Source of the DNA: the human T2T-CHM13v2.0 reference genome, Homo sapiens | Reading direction: 5' to 3' (one strand) | Length of the DNA: 64,000 nucleotides | NCBI RefSeq assembly: GCF_009914755.1 | Contig: NC_060925.1 | Part shown: positions 42,101 to 55,996 of the stretch, piece by piece | How the letters are laid out: each line of letters opens with the position of its first letter | How positions within the stretch are numbered: position 1 is the stretch's first letter | The notes under the pieces: model-generated | What the model was told of the DNA's origin: nothing | What the model saw: only the letters and a program-made list of their open reading frames with translations | The model's database searches: none | Position numbers and translations under genes: made by a program

Positions 42101-43673
42101 TATTAAATTTTAAAATCTTTAAAAACAAATCAACCTAATTTTAATTACATGATTGTAGGACATTTAAAAGCGGACATCAGCTGAAAATTTATGTTTCAGT
42201 GAATACTTAAAATTTTGAGAATATACAACTTACATTTTCACAAACTAAGTGAATTGCTAAAATAAGATGAAGTCTATCAAAATGTCACCATAAAATATAG
42301 CTACCTTAATATGAATAAACATGAAGAAGAACTGAATGGCTTCATAGAATGTGATAATAAAAACATGAGCATGAGAAGAGTGCCGTGTCCCTTTACATTG
42401 CTTCCAAGCTTCCCTTTTGTTGCTCTTCCTTCTGCATATGTATATTCATTTATAAGAACATAAGCAGGAAAGAAGAGCCTCAAGAAAATCCCAAAAATGA
42501 TTTAACATTGTATTCTTGCTGTTTTATATATCACAATTTATTTTGTATGGGGGAAATTGTCTTCAATATATGAAATTCAGGCTCATAAAATGATAGGCTA
42601 ATAAAATGCAAGCTTTTATATTAAAAATAGAAAAACATATACATTATAATATTATCATGTTAGTCATTTGTGGAAGTTGTACAAAATACAGCAACCCTGT
42701 AAGGCCTATAGGACTTTAATTTAAGGAAAATGTAACTGGCTGGGGCCCAGGTGGGGGGTGCAAATATTGCAACTTTTTCATGGTTATGAGTACTATGTGG
42801 TAGATCTGAGTTTAATTTTTTTTTTATTTACAATGTATTTGTTCTTCCCTAGTATAAAAGAATAGTTGAGCACAGAGGAGTGTTAACCATATGGCCTGTG
42901 TTCAAATTCTATTCACACCATTTTCTAGCTTAGTCAAGTTACTAGATCTTTTTTCAGTTTTCTCTAGTGTAGAATGAAGAAAATAATGGTACTCTGAGAA
43001 CTGTTTGGTTTAAATGATGCAATACTTCCTCATCATTTAAATTTTGCCGGACCAATTAAACACTAATAAATATTGACTTTTATTGTTATTCTCCAAAAAT
43101 TTACATTTTATTTATTAAAATAATTAATCTCCAACTTCAAGATCTAGCAGAGAAAATATTTTGACTATTAAAATGTAATATGGCTTCAACATTTAGTTAT
43201 TAATTTCTTCCTCTTACCTACATGGCTTATTATCAGCAGACTGGCCTAAGAGCAGGAATAATCATCATAGCTTTGTAGTCCCCTAATTCTATAAGTTGGA
43301 AAAATAGTTAGGGAACTTTTTAAAATATATAATACTTTTACGATTAATAGTGATTTTTGAAAAAACCTTTTCTGCCTCTTGACCATGTGGTTTTCAAAGA
43401 TTGATTATATTTTGGATGATTTCACATTAGATAGTAAATAGACACATGTCAAACTAACCCAGAGGGAAACTGGGAGAAATTCCAATGAGTATTAGTTGAA
43501 TTGAACATTGTCCCCATCACTAAAATGCTAATTTACATTGGCTGTACAGCTAAAGCTATCCATGTCAAGAATGGAAGATCTAATATGTATCTTGATCATT
43601 TTTTGCCTGAACTGCAGTCAGCTGTTGCTATGGTCAATTTCTTTTCTGTATCTTTACAGTATAATAAGAATTC

Positions 43674-43703
43674 TAATAATATAATAATAATAATAATAAT
43701 AAT
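43674..43703. repeat. (AAT)n microsatellite at the end of a minus-strand MIR (~43705-43950)
   Basis: taataatataataataataataataataat, then aatatttattgagcatctg...cttgcccagggtcacacag. Confidence 0.75.
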
Positions 43704-44424
43704 AGTAACAGCAGTGACAAATATTTATTGAGCATCTGTCAAATGTCTGGTACTATGTATATAATTTTGATATATACTAAATAATTTGATCATTACAGAT
43801 ACTGAGGCAAGTGTCAACTTGTTACTCACATTCAGTATTTTTAAGTAAGGAGTTTGAGGCTCAACAACATTAAAATTCTTGCCCAGGGTCACACAGAATA
43901 ACTGGTATTATTTTATCTCAAGTGTTAGATCTGTTGTTCTGTGTTGTGATACTGTTTGAGGTATTGAATGGAAGGAGAAGGCAGATTATCTGCAAATCTA
44001 ACTTTAAGAAATAGGGGCATGGATCTTGTCTCATCTTCCCCAACTGGCTAGGTAGTTTCCAACTGGCCAGCTGGAATTTTCCCATCCTGATTTAAGTAAT
44101 GAGCAGACATTACACTGAAAGTCATTGCAGAATTCTAAATCCCAGCTTCTCTTATTTGTGGATTAGACTCTCTGAGTCACAATGACTATGAATCCTCTCA
44201 TAACTAACAATTTCATTAAGTAGAATTATTTCTGACCTCATAGTCCTGGCTAAAATCCATTGAAAGATATTAGTTTATGAAAAAAGTAATTAAATTCACT
44301 GTTAATGAAGAAAAATTAAATGATTCTGTATAAACAGAATTTTAAAATAGATAATCTCCTCTAGATTGGGAGGAAAAATACTGAGATGGCAGTGAGCAAT
44401 CTGAAAAAACAATTAAAATACATT

Positions 44425-44768
44425 TCTATTAGAGCAGTGAAGCTATTTTATATGATACTGTGATGGTGGATATATGTCATTATATATTTGCCAAAATCCA
44501 TAGAATGTACAACATGAATTCTACTGTGAACTGTGGAGTTTAGTTAGTGTTAATTTTTAGTTAGTGTTAATGGGTTAGTATAATGTTAATTAGTATTGGC
44601 TAATCAATTTTAATAAAGGTACCATCTTAATGCAAGATGTAAATAATAGGAGAAACTATGTGCATGTCTGTGGAATAGAAGGAAGATATAGGAACACTAC
44701 TTTCCGCTCTTTTTTTGTAAACCTAAAACTTCTCTAAAAAATAAAGTCTGTTAATTAAAAAAATAAAA
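44425..44768 (+). mobile_element. L1MC-type 3' end
   Basis: tatgatactgtgatggtggatatatgtcattatatatttgccaaaatccatagaatgtacaac...gtaaacctaaaacttctctaaaaaataaagtc. Confidence 0.8.
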
Positions 44769-47700
44769 TGTATATTCTAGGACATAAGATGAGTTAAATA
44801 GAAAATAAAATGTGTATACAAGAAGTGGTTATCTACAGTCCCTATGCTGAACTTTATAAAAGAGTGTCATTTCCAATATTCCATTTTGTCTGTCATCAGA
44901 CCACTTGTCTCCATTTCAAAGCCATATCAAGAGCTCAAAATATGTATGCATGGAATTGAGTTGGAGAATGTCATCAATTCTCATACCTAACTTCCAGTAA
45001 TCTTGCTGGAATGGCCCTGACAGTTTTAAAACAGCTACAAGGAAAGACTTCAACACTGTCATTTAAGTGGATGTCACAAAGTAGATTTCAGTTAAATAAC
45101 AAAATGATTTAACTTTCCTTGAAGAACAATTTGCACAAAAAATGAGGAAACTATTTACATAAATGACTGGCTTGCTCATGCTAAAAGAGAATTTATCAGA
45201 ATTCTCTGGCAGATTCAGTTTTGCACTCTTAATTTATTTACAGTACTTCAGATTAAAGAATTTCACAACATAAGAATGTTGTAAATATTTAAGAGATGAT
45301 GCCTTAGATCAGCAATTCCTAAGGACCTCTCTGTTTAAAATTTATTTTTCCCTTATACTTAAAATGAAGATTGGGATTGTTTATAAATATTCATTTCATG
45401 GATATCTTCCCACAACTCTCTTCTTACAGCAGGAGCCACCTGCTCTGAACAGCCTTAGAGTGCGAACCATACTAAAGGGAATTGGTGAATGCCAGAAGAC
45501 AGTGGTGTTAAGTGTTGGCTGGCTTCTTAAGCTCCCTCCTCCATACGGCAAGTCCAAAAGTGCCTAGGCAACGAGCACTCAGAGAAAAGATGGCTATTGG
45601 GCCACTACATACCTATACTCTGTAAAGTGCTTTTACAAAATTACTGTTACTAAGCATTTCTATATCTCTGGGATGAAGAATGTCTAAAAAAATTACTCTT
45701 ACATTCAGAAATTTAGGGCAGCCAATTTAATAGCTCTAGCTCTGTTTGTATTTGTTTGTTTTAGAATAAAAACAAATTTAAGCCTGACCAAAATAAGAGA
45801 TAAACAATAGATTTGTAAACAATAAAGTAGTATGCAAATAAGAGATAATTTTAGCATTAAAATTCCAAATTAAATATTGTAATTTATCTAGCTTATTAAG
45901 CTTTTTTATACTTCATTTTTTATTTTTTAATAATAATCACCCTACCTGAATTCTATATGTTAAAATCATTTAGAAGACTGCATGGTTTTTCCAGGGTTTT
46001 AGTATAGGTTGTAACAAGTCACTGTGTCATGTAATTGTGTTCATATTGTCTTGTAAATGACAGTGTCCTAAAGTGGGATGGACACAAGATTTGCAATCAT
46101 CATATCTCAATTCCTTATCTAGCTCTGTCACCCTCTTAGGTGTCTGACTTGGGTTATAATTTCAGTTTGTCAACTAGAAGAAGAGAGTCCAACCTACTCA
46201 CACAATATCTGAAACATACTTGTTGGTGAATGGATCCTTCACTGAGCCATTTTGAAGAACAAATGAGCTTACATATGAAAGTTTCTTTGTAAACAATAAA
46301 GTGGTATGTAAATATGCTGTAAAATATTCAGATAGTTGCAATATCTGACTAGTAATAAATGATACAAACCATGGTTATTTCTAATTTGCTGATCATTTGA
46401 AGAAGTCTGGATTCGCAAGTTGAAACTTTTAACCCAGCTGTTCATTTATGATAAAGCTTTAAGAGTGACACCATCAGTATATATCAGGATAACCAGATTC
46501 CTCTCTTTCCATTACTTCCTCCTCATTCCTGAAGGACTTCTTGATACCAGCAAGTTATTGTACCTTGACTACTATTTTAAAAGCTGGAGATCAGGAGATC
46601 AAAATCCAGAACATGAATTTCATTTTGATTAAATATGTTCCAATTTTGTTGACACTGATATTACATATTAAAAACCAGTTTTTCAATGAGCTATATTTCC
46701 AAAACAACACTATTACATAAAATAAACAGCATCATCAGAAGTTACTTTTGTATATTTTAATTTTTGTGAGACAATGTTGCATAAGAATTTTGGAATAGGA
46801 GAAGAAAGAGGGAATGATAAACAGGTAAAACCTACTTTGGGCTTTTAGTGTTTTGAGTTACTTTCATTATCAACCTGTTTTTTTTTTAAATAAATGCAAA
46901 AAATAATTTTAGTATGTACGATCTTATTAAAAATGACCTTAGTCTAAGTATTTAAAGTCACTTAGATGTTAACATTGTGTTTAAATATTTGGTCTTTAAT
47001 GAAGCATTTTTTTTTCAAATTTTATTTATACAACATATTTTTTATTAAATCTTAGTTGTAACTTTAATATCATTGTAATAAAGCCTTAGTACTGTTCAGA
47101 TTCCCTTAGAGTTTGCTAGATAAGTTTTTTTTCTATTTAATACTTATAAAACTGGCTTAGGATATGTATGGCTGGTGGCATCACCTTAGATACAGCTCAC
47201 AAAGTGAAAGGACCTCAGGAGCATACTCTTGAGGCACAATGGGGATTTAAGTGCCTTCTCACCCGCATGTCCTAGAGAAGATACACCTGGGCACTAAGAC
47301 TTTCATTTTAATGCAAGACCTTGAGACTCTGAAAGTGGAAAAATCTTTGGAGAGACCCAAAGCTGGATTTATGTCTTAGAGACATTTATCAGAGAAGTGT
47401 GGGTACTATTTTTTTAATTAAAGGGATGGTGGTTAGATTGTTTTATCTCCATTGTTGTGTTAATGGTCATATGCTTCATTTTTGGATATTGAGTGGTAGA
47501 CAATGATGGTGCAGCACACCTGAATTAACTTCTCCAAACTGCTCTGTGTGGACCCCATCAGTGCCAGAGGAAGCAGATGTAAGCTTACTATGTAGAGTCC
47601 ACAAAACACATAGGCATTCATATATGTTGGGTCACCCATTAAACTGGTCACATCAGAGGGAAGGTGACTTTCATAAGCTGATAAATTTATATTCTACATC

Positions 47701-49402
47701 AGCTACAGTGATGAATACTGATGCCATCTGTAGCACGGAGGCTCTAACACTGGCTTGAGATTAGTGGTTATAGGAAGCAGTAGGGGTAGAAATAATGGAG
47801 ACAAGATTCTAGTATTGACCTGGGCTCATGCGGGAAGCCATTACCTGTGAGCTGGTGGCATCCTTAGTTGCCATGCATCTTCTGGGTCCATCTTTTGAAC
47901 AATGGCAACAGAGTTCTAGGAAGCAACTCATGATGATGGCAGAAAATCTTACTAGACAGCTTTAGAAAACAGAAGCAACCACAGTCCTTGAAAACTAATG
48001 AAGAATTAGCCTTGGTACAAATTTGCGCAGTTCAGATCAGCTATAGTTCAGTTGGCAGAGAGCAGTTATAGAAATAGCTTTTAGGTGTATCTCATCACAG
48101 ACTACAACCAGTAATCACTGCCCCTTAGAGAAATCATATGAGCTGCAAAATATATGTAACTGAACCACATTTGGTAACATATTGACCACCAATGCTTGTG
48201 AAAGTTCTGAGGAATATCACCAAGGGAGGGAAGCAGAGAAGGGATAATTTGGAATGAACTGAATTATCACCTCAGCTTTGAGATTCTAACAAAGTTAAAG
48301 AAAAACTATGAAACTTCTTCAGAGGATGCCACAGAGTCTCAGTGGATTGTGGCATCATCCTTTTGTCAAGAGCTAATGAGAATCCATTTTTTTGCTTAAA
48401 GCACAGGAAACATGGATTGATTTTACTAAACACTACATTTTTTTCTTTTGATGTCTGTATGGCATTATTTATATGTGCTACTGACTACACAGTATAGTTT
48501 GAATGTTGAACTTCCAAATGTATTTATAGTTCTTCCTATTCTTGATCATACCACTATCACATAAATGAGAAATTATTCCTTACAATAATAATTTTCTCTC
48601 AATTCAATGTTTCAGCTGCTTGGCTATATCTTAAATTATTTGATGCTGGGCTCTATATCATTTCACCTTCCGTTTGTAAAAGATTTTGATTGATATTGGT
48701 TTCATATTTTATATGTCTTACTGTTAATGAGCTGTTTTACTTTTTTGATGCAATACATTGGGTCTGGGTCAAAAATCATGTATTCCTATCTTTTAACATG
48801 GCTGGAATATTACTAATTCACTTAATATAAGTGGATTTATATAGAAGCCTAGATTTAGCTATGGATTGATTGAATGCCATTTTGGTAAATGTAATTCTGA
48901 ATAGCAAATAACCAAATATCTTTTATTCTGTATTCAGTAAATTTTAATTTAAAGAAAAGTGATGCAAGGTTTACTTGGTAAATGCATTTTCTGAATTTCA
49001 TAAATATTCTGAATCAGTAGTCACTCCTTTATGAATCTGTAAGAGGCCAAATAACACCCTAAAATAAAGTTTCTCTTAAATTGCATTCTTATTGTAAAGA
49101 AAAATAGCATATAATTGATGAAAAAGCTCACAACATTCTTTCCTCCATCTCCTAAAATCTGGGATTATAAAAAGAGCAGCTGTACAACAAGCATTCAGGC
49201 CTTTTACTATTAGAAAGCCCATCTGTTTTTCTGTACTTTTGCCTAAATTTTTAATAATTATGTCTAGACATGTGACAAAAACACATAGAGATTAACTATT
49301 TCTTCACTGATTACAACTTTAGAAATGAACCCCATGAAAATTCACACTACATAATTTAATTAGTTTTATTTTAAATACAGAGAATGAAAATTTCATCATG
49401 AA

Positions 49403-51276
49403 CAGGGTTTCACCACGTTGGCCAGGCTGGTCTCAAATGACCCTCCTATTTTTAACTTGGATACCTGCTATTCTGCCAAAAGACAATTTCTAGAGTAGTT
49501 TTGAATGGGTTGATTTCCCCCAGTCCCACAAACTCTGAAGCCAGTGTCTAGCTTACTAAAAAAAGAGTTATACATAATATTTAAGATGCTGAGTATTTCA
49601 TAGGAAAGCTGACTGCTGCTGTAAAGTGCTCTTTAAATCTTTTTTTTAAATCCCTTTCTAATGAATGAAACTAGGGGAATTTCAGGGGACAGAGATGGGA
49701 TTTGTTGTATGATAAACTGTATGTAGTTTTCAGTCTTTCTGTATTGAGAAGCCGTGGTTGGGGCATTTTTAAGATGGCTGGCTACTCTTGTTTTCCCTCA
49801 TGATAATAAATTTGTCATAACTCAGTAACATGGACTTGCCCCTAGAAGTAGTTGTTAATAATTTTGAAATATTAAGGTCTTGCCAAGCTTCTGATGATTC
49901 AAACCTGTACTACTGATTATTAAGCAGGACAGACTGAGCTTTCTGCTGCAAATACCTTGGAGGAGAAAGTAATTTCTAAATATACAGAGAGGTAACTTGA
50001 CTATATATGTTGCATCCTGTGCCTCCCTTCATATTAATATTTGATAAAGATTTTAATTCATATAAAACTTCTAAAGCAGAATCAAAGCTCCTCTTGGGGA
50101 AATGGCAAGTCTTTAGGACAGGCGAGACCCTGTATGCATAGTACCAAAGCATTACCACATGGTAGAGAACACACTCGATTAAAAATGTTAAGCTATCTGA
50201 AAAATAAAATATGCAAGTCTTCAGGATGGCACAAAACAAAGGTTAATACTTTTTGGGACACATTTCTTAGCGGGCTTGCTGAGTGTGTAAATATAATCAA
50301 CTTTTGTTTGTGTTACATGACTTTGATGACTTCATTGAAAATCTGCACAATTCAGTTTCAGCTCTGGATAACTTCAGTTGACCTTTGTGAAGGTTTTTAT
50401 CTGTGTAGAATGGGTGTTTGACTTGTTTTAGCCTATTAAGTTTTTATTTTCTTTCACTCTGTATTAAAAGTAAAATTTACTAAAAGAAAAGAGGTTTGTG
50501 TTCACATTAAATGGCTTTGGTTTGGCTTATTTTAGTCAGGCTTTCTGAACATTGAGATATCCTGAACTTAGAGCTCTTCAATCCTAAGATCTTCATGAAA
50601 AGCCTCTCACTTGAACCCAAACCAGAGTACTCTTACTGCCTCTTTTCTAAATGTTCAGGAAAAGCATTGCCAGTTCAGTCTTTTCAGAATGAGGGAGAAA
50701 CATTTGCCTGCCGTATAATAATAAGACTCAGTGCTTATTTTTTAAACTGCATTTTAAAAATTGGATAGTATAATAACAATAAGGAGTAAGCCACCTTTTA
50801 TAGGCACCCTGTAGTTTTATAGTTCTTAATCTAAATATTTTATATTTCCTTCTTTTGGAAAAAAACCTACATGCTACAAGCCACCATATGCACAGACTAT
50901 ACAGTGAGTTGAGTTGGCTCTCCCACAGTCTTTGAGGCGAATTACAAAAGTCCAGCCACTGTCATCCTCCTGAGTTATTTTGAAGTGATTTTTTTTTTTT
51001 ACATTTTGGCTGCAGTATTGGTGGTAGAATATACTATAATATGGATCATCTCTACTTCTTTCTTTATTTATTTATTACTAGACCTCAACCACAGTCTTCT
51101 TTTTCCTCTTCCACCTCTCTTTGCCTGTAGGGTGTACTGTATGTAGTCATGTACTTTGTATTAATATATTAGAAATCTACAGATCTGTTTTGTACTTTTC
51201 ATACTGTTGGATACTTATAATCAAAACTTTTACTAGGGTATTGAATAAATCTAATCTTATTAGAAAAGAAAAAAAA
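49403..51276 (+). pseudogene. 5'-truncated processed retrocopy consisting only of 3'UTR-like sequence; parent gene not identified
   Basis: AATAAA at 51244-51249, A-tail at 51264-51276, and 17 bp TSD gaaaatttcatcatgaa (49386-49402) / gaaaatttagtcatgaa (51277-51293). Starts within an Alu fragment. No recognisable CDS or TE body. Confidence 0.85.
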
Positions 51277-51295
51277 GAAAATTTAGTCATGAAAT

Positions 51296-51329
51296 ACACA
51301 GACACACACACATACACACACACACACAC
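51296..51329. repeat. (CA)n microsatellite
   Basis: acacagacacacacacatacacacacacacacac. Confidence 0.85.
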
Positions 51330-52482
51330 GACATTCATTTGATTTTAAAATACCATTGAGTATAAGATGCGACATTAAAATGAAGATTAATGGTGTTTTG
51401 GAAAACTACATAAGTATTGACTATATAACAATCAAATTTTCAAAAATGTTATATCCAAAAATTTATGTATGTCAAAATCAACAAAACAACACTACGTTAT
51501 TTCTACCCTTAATATAAGTGCATATATATATATATAATATATATAATATATAAAGATTAAAAGAATTCTGCCAGTTCTGATATTGTTATATAATCATATA
51601 TAGAATATCCATATATATTGGATTAGGGTGACTAAAAATTACCAGGCAAATCTTTAACTAAGCCATCTTTCATGTCTATGCAAACCCAACTCAGTATAGG
51701 TTGCCAATCCTGCAGCCAGGGCTGCCTATAAGATAGTATTGATCTGGATCCCTGAGAACTCCTGGAATCTGGAGAACTGCTTTTTCTGCCGGGACAACAC
51801 TGATGTAAGCATGACAGGGCATGAGAAGGTAAAGTGAGAGATGGTTGCTATAAGTTTGACATCTGCTTCATTTTGGTGCAGAAGACCACAATCTAGATAG
51901 ACTCTTGGGCAGTACCAGATGACACTGCCCCAGATGTAATTGCCAGTAGTGAGCAAACCTATGAAGATTTGACCAACCTCAACAAGGCAGGGACAGCTGC
52001 CAAGGATGGTGAAGTCCAGGAAATCATCTGGTGTTTTATGAAGTCCGGTCTCCTGAGAAGGAGCCTGATCACCTGTTTTACAGTAACAACAGTAAGGTTA
52101 AAGTAGACATGAAAAATAAAATTGTCTCCCATTTGACAATTTTATCTTTCATATCTACTTACCCCAAAGAATCTAGTCAGAATGTCTCTGGGCATAGTTC
52201 CTTAGTTCAAGGCTTTGGGTAGTGGTCTCTTTACCAAAGACCTTCTTGAGTGAAGACAGGAAGGAACTAAGACGTGACCAGTGAAGATCAAGTGAGCCTA
52301 AGGTTACTTCTATCAGCCAATCTTACTCTGCAAAACAGTCCCAGGTAGCTGTCATCTTTCCAGTGAAATAGAAGATGAAGGTAACCAGTATTACAGTTTT
52401 AAAAAAATCAATGTTTTTAGCTTGACTCCTGGAGGATCCTTGTTAAGATCAAACCTGAATATTTGTCTGCTTATATTTACAG

Positions 52483-52574
52483 TTATATATATACTATATA
52501 TAATATATATACACACATATATACAATTTATATACTCTATATATACACACACACACACATATATACACATATAC
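52483..52574. repeat. (TA)n/(CA)n compound microsatellite
   Basis: tatatatatactatatataatatatatacacacatatata...cacacacacacacat. Confidence 0.85.
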
Positions 52575-53419
52575 AATTCAAAAATGTAGAAATTCAGATT
52601 TCTACTTCCAAATAAAATAATATAGTCATAAAATATTTCAAGCCATTTCTTATTCCACTGTGGTATAAGCTCCCCAAGTGGTAGGAGGAGTACCTCCTAT
52701 TGTATATTTCAGAATCCGTTCCTTCCTTACCAATGTGTGTCTGTGACATACCCTTAATGTCCTTGATAATGTCCAATTATGTCTTTCACTGCATCACCTT
52801 CCTAAAGCATGTTCTAGTTACTTGGCTTTTCTACCTGGGAATAATATCAATTTTAGTATAATTACCTGTCTTTCTCTTTTTTTGCCAGAATAATATGAAA
52901 AAGAAGTGACACGCAATTAACAATAATTATTATATCTACTTACATACATATAATTGCATTTTTGTATTCTCAAGAACGTATACTTTTAGAGTTACAGGTT
53001 ACATGTGTAAAAGACAAACAGCTTCAGAGTTAAATACATCCATGACATTCATAATATTTAGATAAGAAACATTAAGAGTAAAGGACAAGACAGCGGGTTC
53101 CATCTGGCCTTACAAATGGAAATAAAAAACTTACTATCTTTTTTTTTTAATCCTGGTCTGTATTGATTCTCATCTTTTAAGCCACTATCACCAAGAGTCT
53201 TAAAAATAAGAAAGAATGTTTAGGTTTATTTATCAACATTTGTTCACAGCACCATCAATGATCTAGAAGAATCTGCACCTTCCTTGACTTCTTAGATCAT
53301 CTGTTTTCCAGCCCCTTCTATGGACTTTCTGGAGCCCCAGACCTCTCCCAACATCCTCTCTATTTTCCTGCTCCCCTTGGCATTTCCCTCTTTACTTTTT
53401 TCATGTTTAATATGTTTTA

Positions 53420-55170
53420 TAAAAAAGAAAAGTCATTATATGAGAATTTAAAGTAATACGAAGGTGAGGAATCTAAAGCTGGATAATTTAGTGCCAGCAA
53501 AGGATGGTTTAATGTTTTCCCAAAGAGATTGACTTTAAAAATGTCAAGATAACAGGAGAAGCAACCTCTGTTAACCAAGAGGCAGCAGATAAGTTCCCAG
53601 GCACCATTAAGAAAATTGTTGAGAAAAAAGGACACCTTTCTGAACCTGTTTTTAATGCAGGGATAAGTGCCCTATTCTGAAAAACAAAAACAAAAACAAA
53701 CAAACAAAAAAAAACAGACAAAAAATGCCACGAGGGACATTTATTAGTAAGGAAGAGAGGCGAGCACCAGGATTTAAGACAGAAAGTAATAGGCTAACTG
53801 TAATATTTTGTGCAAATGCAGTCAATTTATAATCAGGACTGCCCTATTAAAGCCTTGAAAGGAAAAGATAAATACCAGCTGCCAGTCTTTTGGTTGTACA
53901 ATAAGAAGGCCTGGACAATGAGAATCCTTTTTCTGGAATGGTTCCATTGATGCTTTGTCCCTGAAGTCAGGAAGTACATTGTTAGTAAGGGCTTGCCTTT
54001 TAAAGTTCTTTTGATATTGCACAATGCCCCTGGCCACCCGCAACCCCATGAGTTCAATACCAAAGACCTCAAAGTGTTCTACTTGCCCTGAAACACACGT
54101 TTCTAATTCAGCCTGTAGATGAGAAGGTCATAAGAACCTATAAGGCTCATTACACATGTTACTCTATGGGAAGTATTTTCAATGCTGTGAAAGAGAACCC
54201 CAATAGACAGAACACCAGGAAAGTCCATTGAAGATGTCATTGTTCTTATAGAAAAATCCATGAAAGCCACGGAAGCCATCAGATTCCTGCTGGAGAAAAC
54301 TATCCAGATGTTGCACATGTCTTCACAGGATTTACAACAGAGCCAGCCAAGAAAACTATGAAAGAGATTGTGGATATGGCAAAAAAAGGTGGTGAATAAA
54401 GGGTTTTCAGATATAGATTTTGTAGAAATTCAAGAGCTAATAGACACCACACCACAAGAATTAACAGAAGATGACTTTATGGAGATGGGAGCTTCCAAAC
54501 CAGTGCCAGAAAACAGAAAGTATCTGATTATTCAAGAATTCCTTTGCTTTTTATGACATGGTCCCTTCTATGATACGAGCACTGAAATAAAGCAAATGAT
54601 GGAAAAAGGATTGGTACCATATGGAAATATTTTTAGATAAATGAAAAAGCAAAAGTTAGAAAGAAATTATGATGTATTTCCATAAAGGTACATGGAGAGT
54701 GCCTGCCTCTCCTTTCTCTCCTTCCATCTCCTTCACCTCTTCTGCCTCTGTCATGGAGACAGCAAGAACAGCCCCTTCTCTTCCTTCTTCTCAGCCTAAT
54801 CAATGTGAAGATAATGAGGATGAAGACTTTTATAACGATTCACTTTCATCTAATGGATAGTAAATAAATTTTCTCTTTTCTATGATTTTCTTAATAACAT
54901 TTTCTTTTCTCCAGCTTACTTTGTCATACAAATACAGTATATGATACACATAACCACAAAATGTGTGTCAATTAACTCTTTATGCTATTGGTACATCTTC
55001 CAGTCAACAACAGGCTAATGTGCCAATCAATGCTTTATGCTATTGGTACATCTTCCAGTCAACAGCAGGCTATTAGTAGTTAAGTTTAGGGGAATCAAAA
55101 GTTATACATGGATTTTTGACTGCACAGGGCGTCAGCACCCCTAAGCCTCTCATTGTTCAAGGGTCCAGTG
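53420..55170 (+). mobile_element. Tigger1 DNA transposon, 5'-truncated, with degenerate transposase (stops and frameshifts)
   Basis: gccagcaaaggatggttt, aaaaatgtcaagataacaggagaagca, ttgatattgcacaatgcccctggccacc (DNAPGH region), and 3' TIR ttgttcaagggtccagtg followed by TA. Confidence 0.92.
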
Positions 55171-55779
55171 TACATGTATAGATATTAGTGACAAAGGAAG
55201 AAGTGTGTAAACACTCAATTAATATCTTATAATAAGTGATATAAAACCTTCAGTTGAATTTTTGAGTATTCAAGCTTGAGCTTAATTTGGAATATGGGCA
55301 AGAGGGAGTACATACAAAAACAAAGGTATTTGTCTTTTAAAAAAATTTTGAGTTTTTCCTTTTGAGTTCATGCAAAAATGAGAAGGTTGCACCCTCTCCC
55401 CACAACCACCCAAGATTTGAAATGTGTAAGAAAACAGAGGCAAGGGAGGAGAAAACATACATGGTATGGAAAAAAAAATAATAGAAAAGTGGAAAGACTT
55501 AAGTTAACTAATACTTAATTTTAAGTTGTTCATTTTGTAGAAGTGCAGCACAACTTTTGCTCAGACATTATGCAATGATACATAAAAGTCTTGGGAAGGG
55601 AGGAGGCCGGCTGGTAGGTAGGTGGAGGGTGATAATTTTGTATGTACATAAAATAAAGTGGTGATGTTTCTCATATAGTTCAGTCACAAAGCAAAGGAAA
55701 AAAGTGAAATGAGACTGGAGGGGGAAGAATCAGGATCCAAGGCATAGCATGTTAGCTTGGGGGAACCAGCCCCTGGCTA

Positions 55780-55996
55780 CTGCAGCCATTCCAGCTAGAA
55801 CATCAGACACGTGAGTGGGGACACTAGTTAAGACGACTCCAGGTGTTATCTGACTGCGGTTGCATGAAAGACCTCCAAATGAAACCACGTAGCTGAGGCC
55901 CACCAACCCACAGAGGTGTGAGACAGACAATTAAAACATCACCATATGAAGACACTAAATTTTGGGTTTGTTGCACAGCAATAGATTATTGGAACA
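55780..55996 (+). mobile_element. MLT1-type (old MaLR) LTR 3' part
   Basis: cagacacgtgagtg...gactgcggttgcatgaaagacc...cactaaattttggg...cacagcaatagattattggaaca. Confidence 0.7.

Noticed and set aside
49976-51342. ORFs within the orphan retrocopy (e.g. 50041-50421)
   Set aside because: No recognisable protein similarity; the composition is 3'UTR-like.
47160-52370. Possible very old LTR/ERV remnants at ~47160-48170 and ~51620-52370
   Set aside because: The composition is suggestive, but I cannot match termini or a family by eye; a Dfam search is needed.
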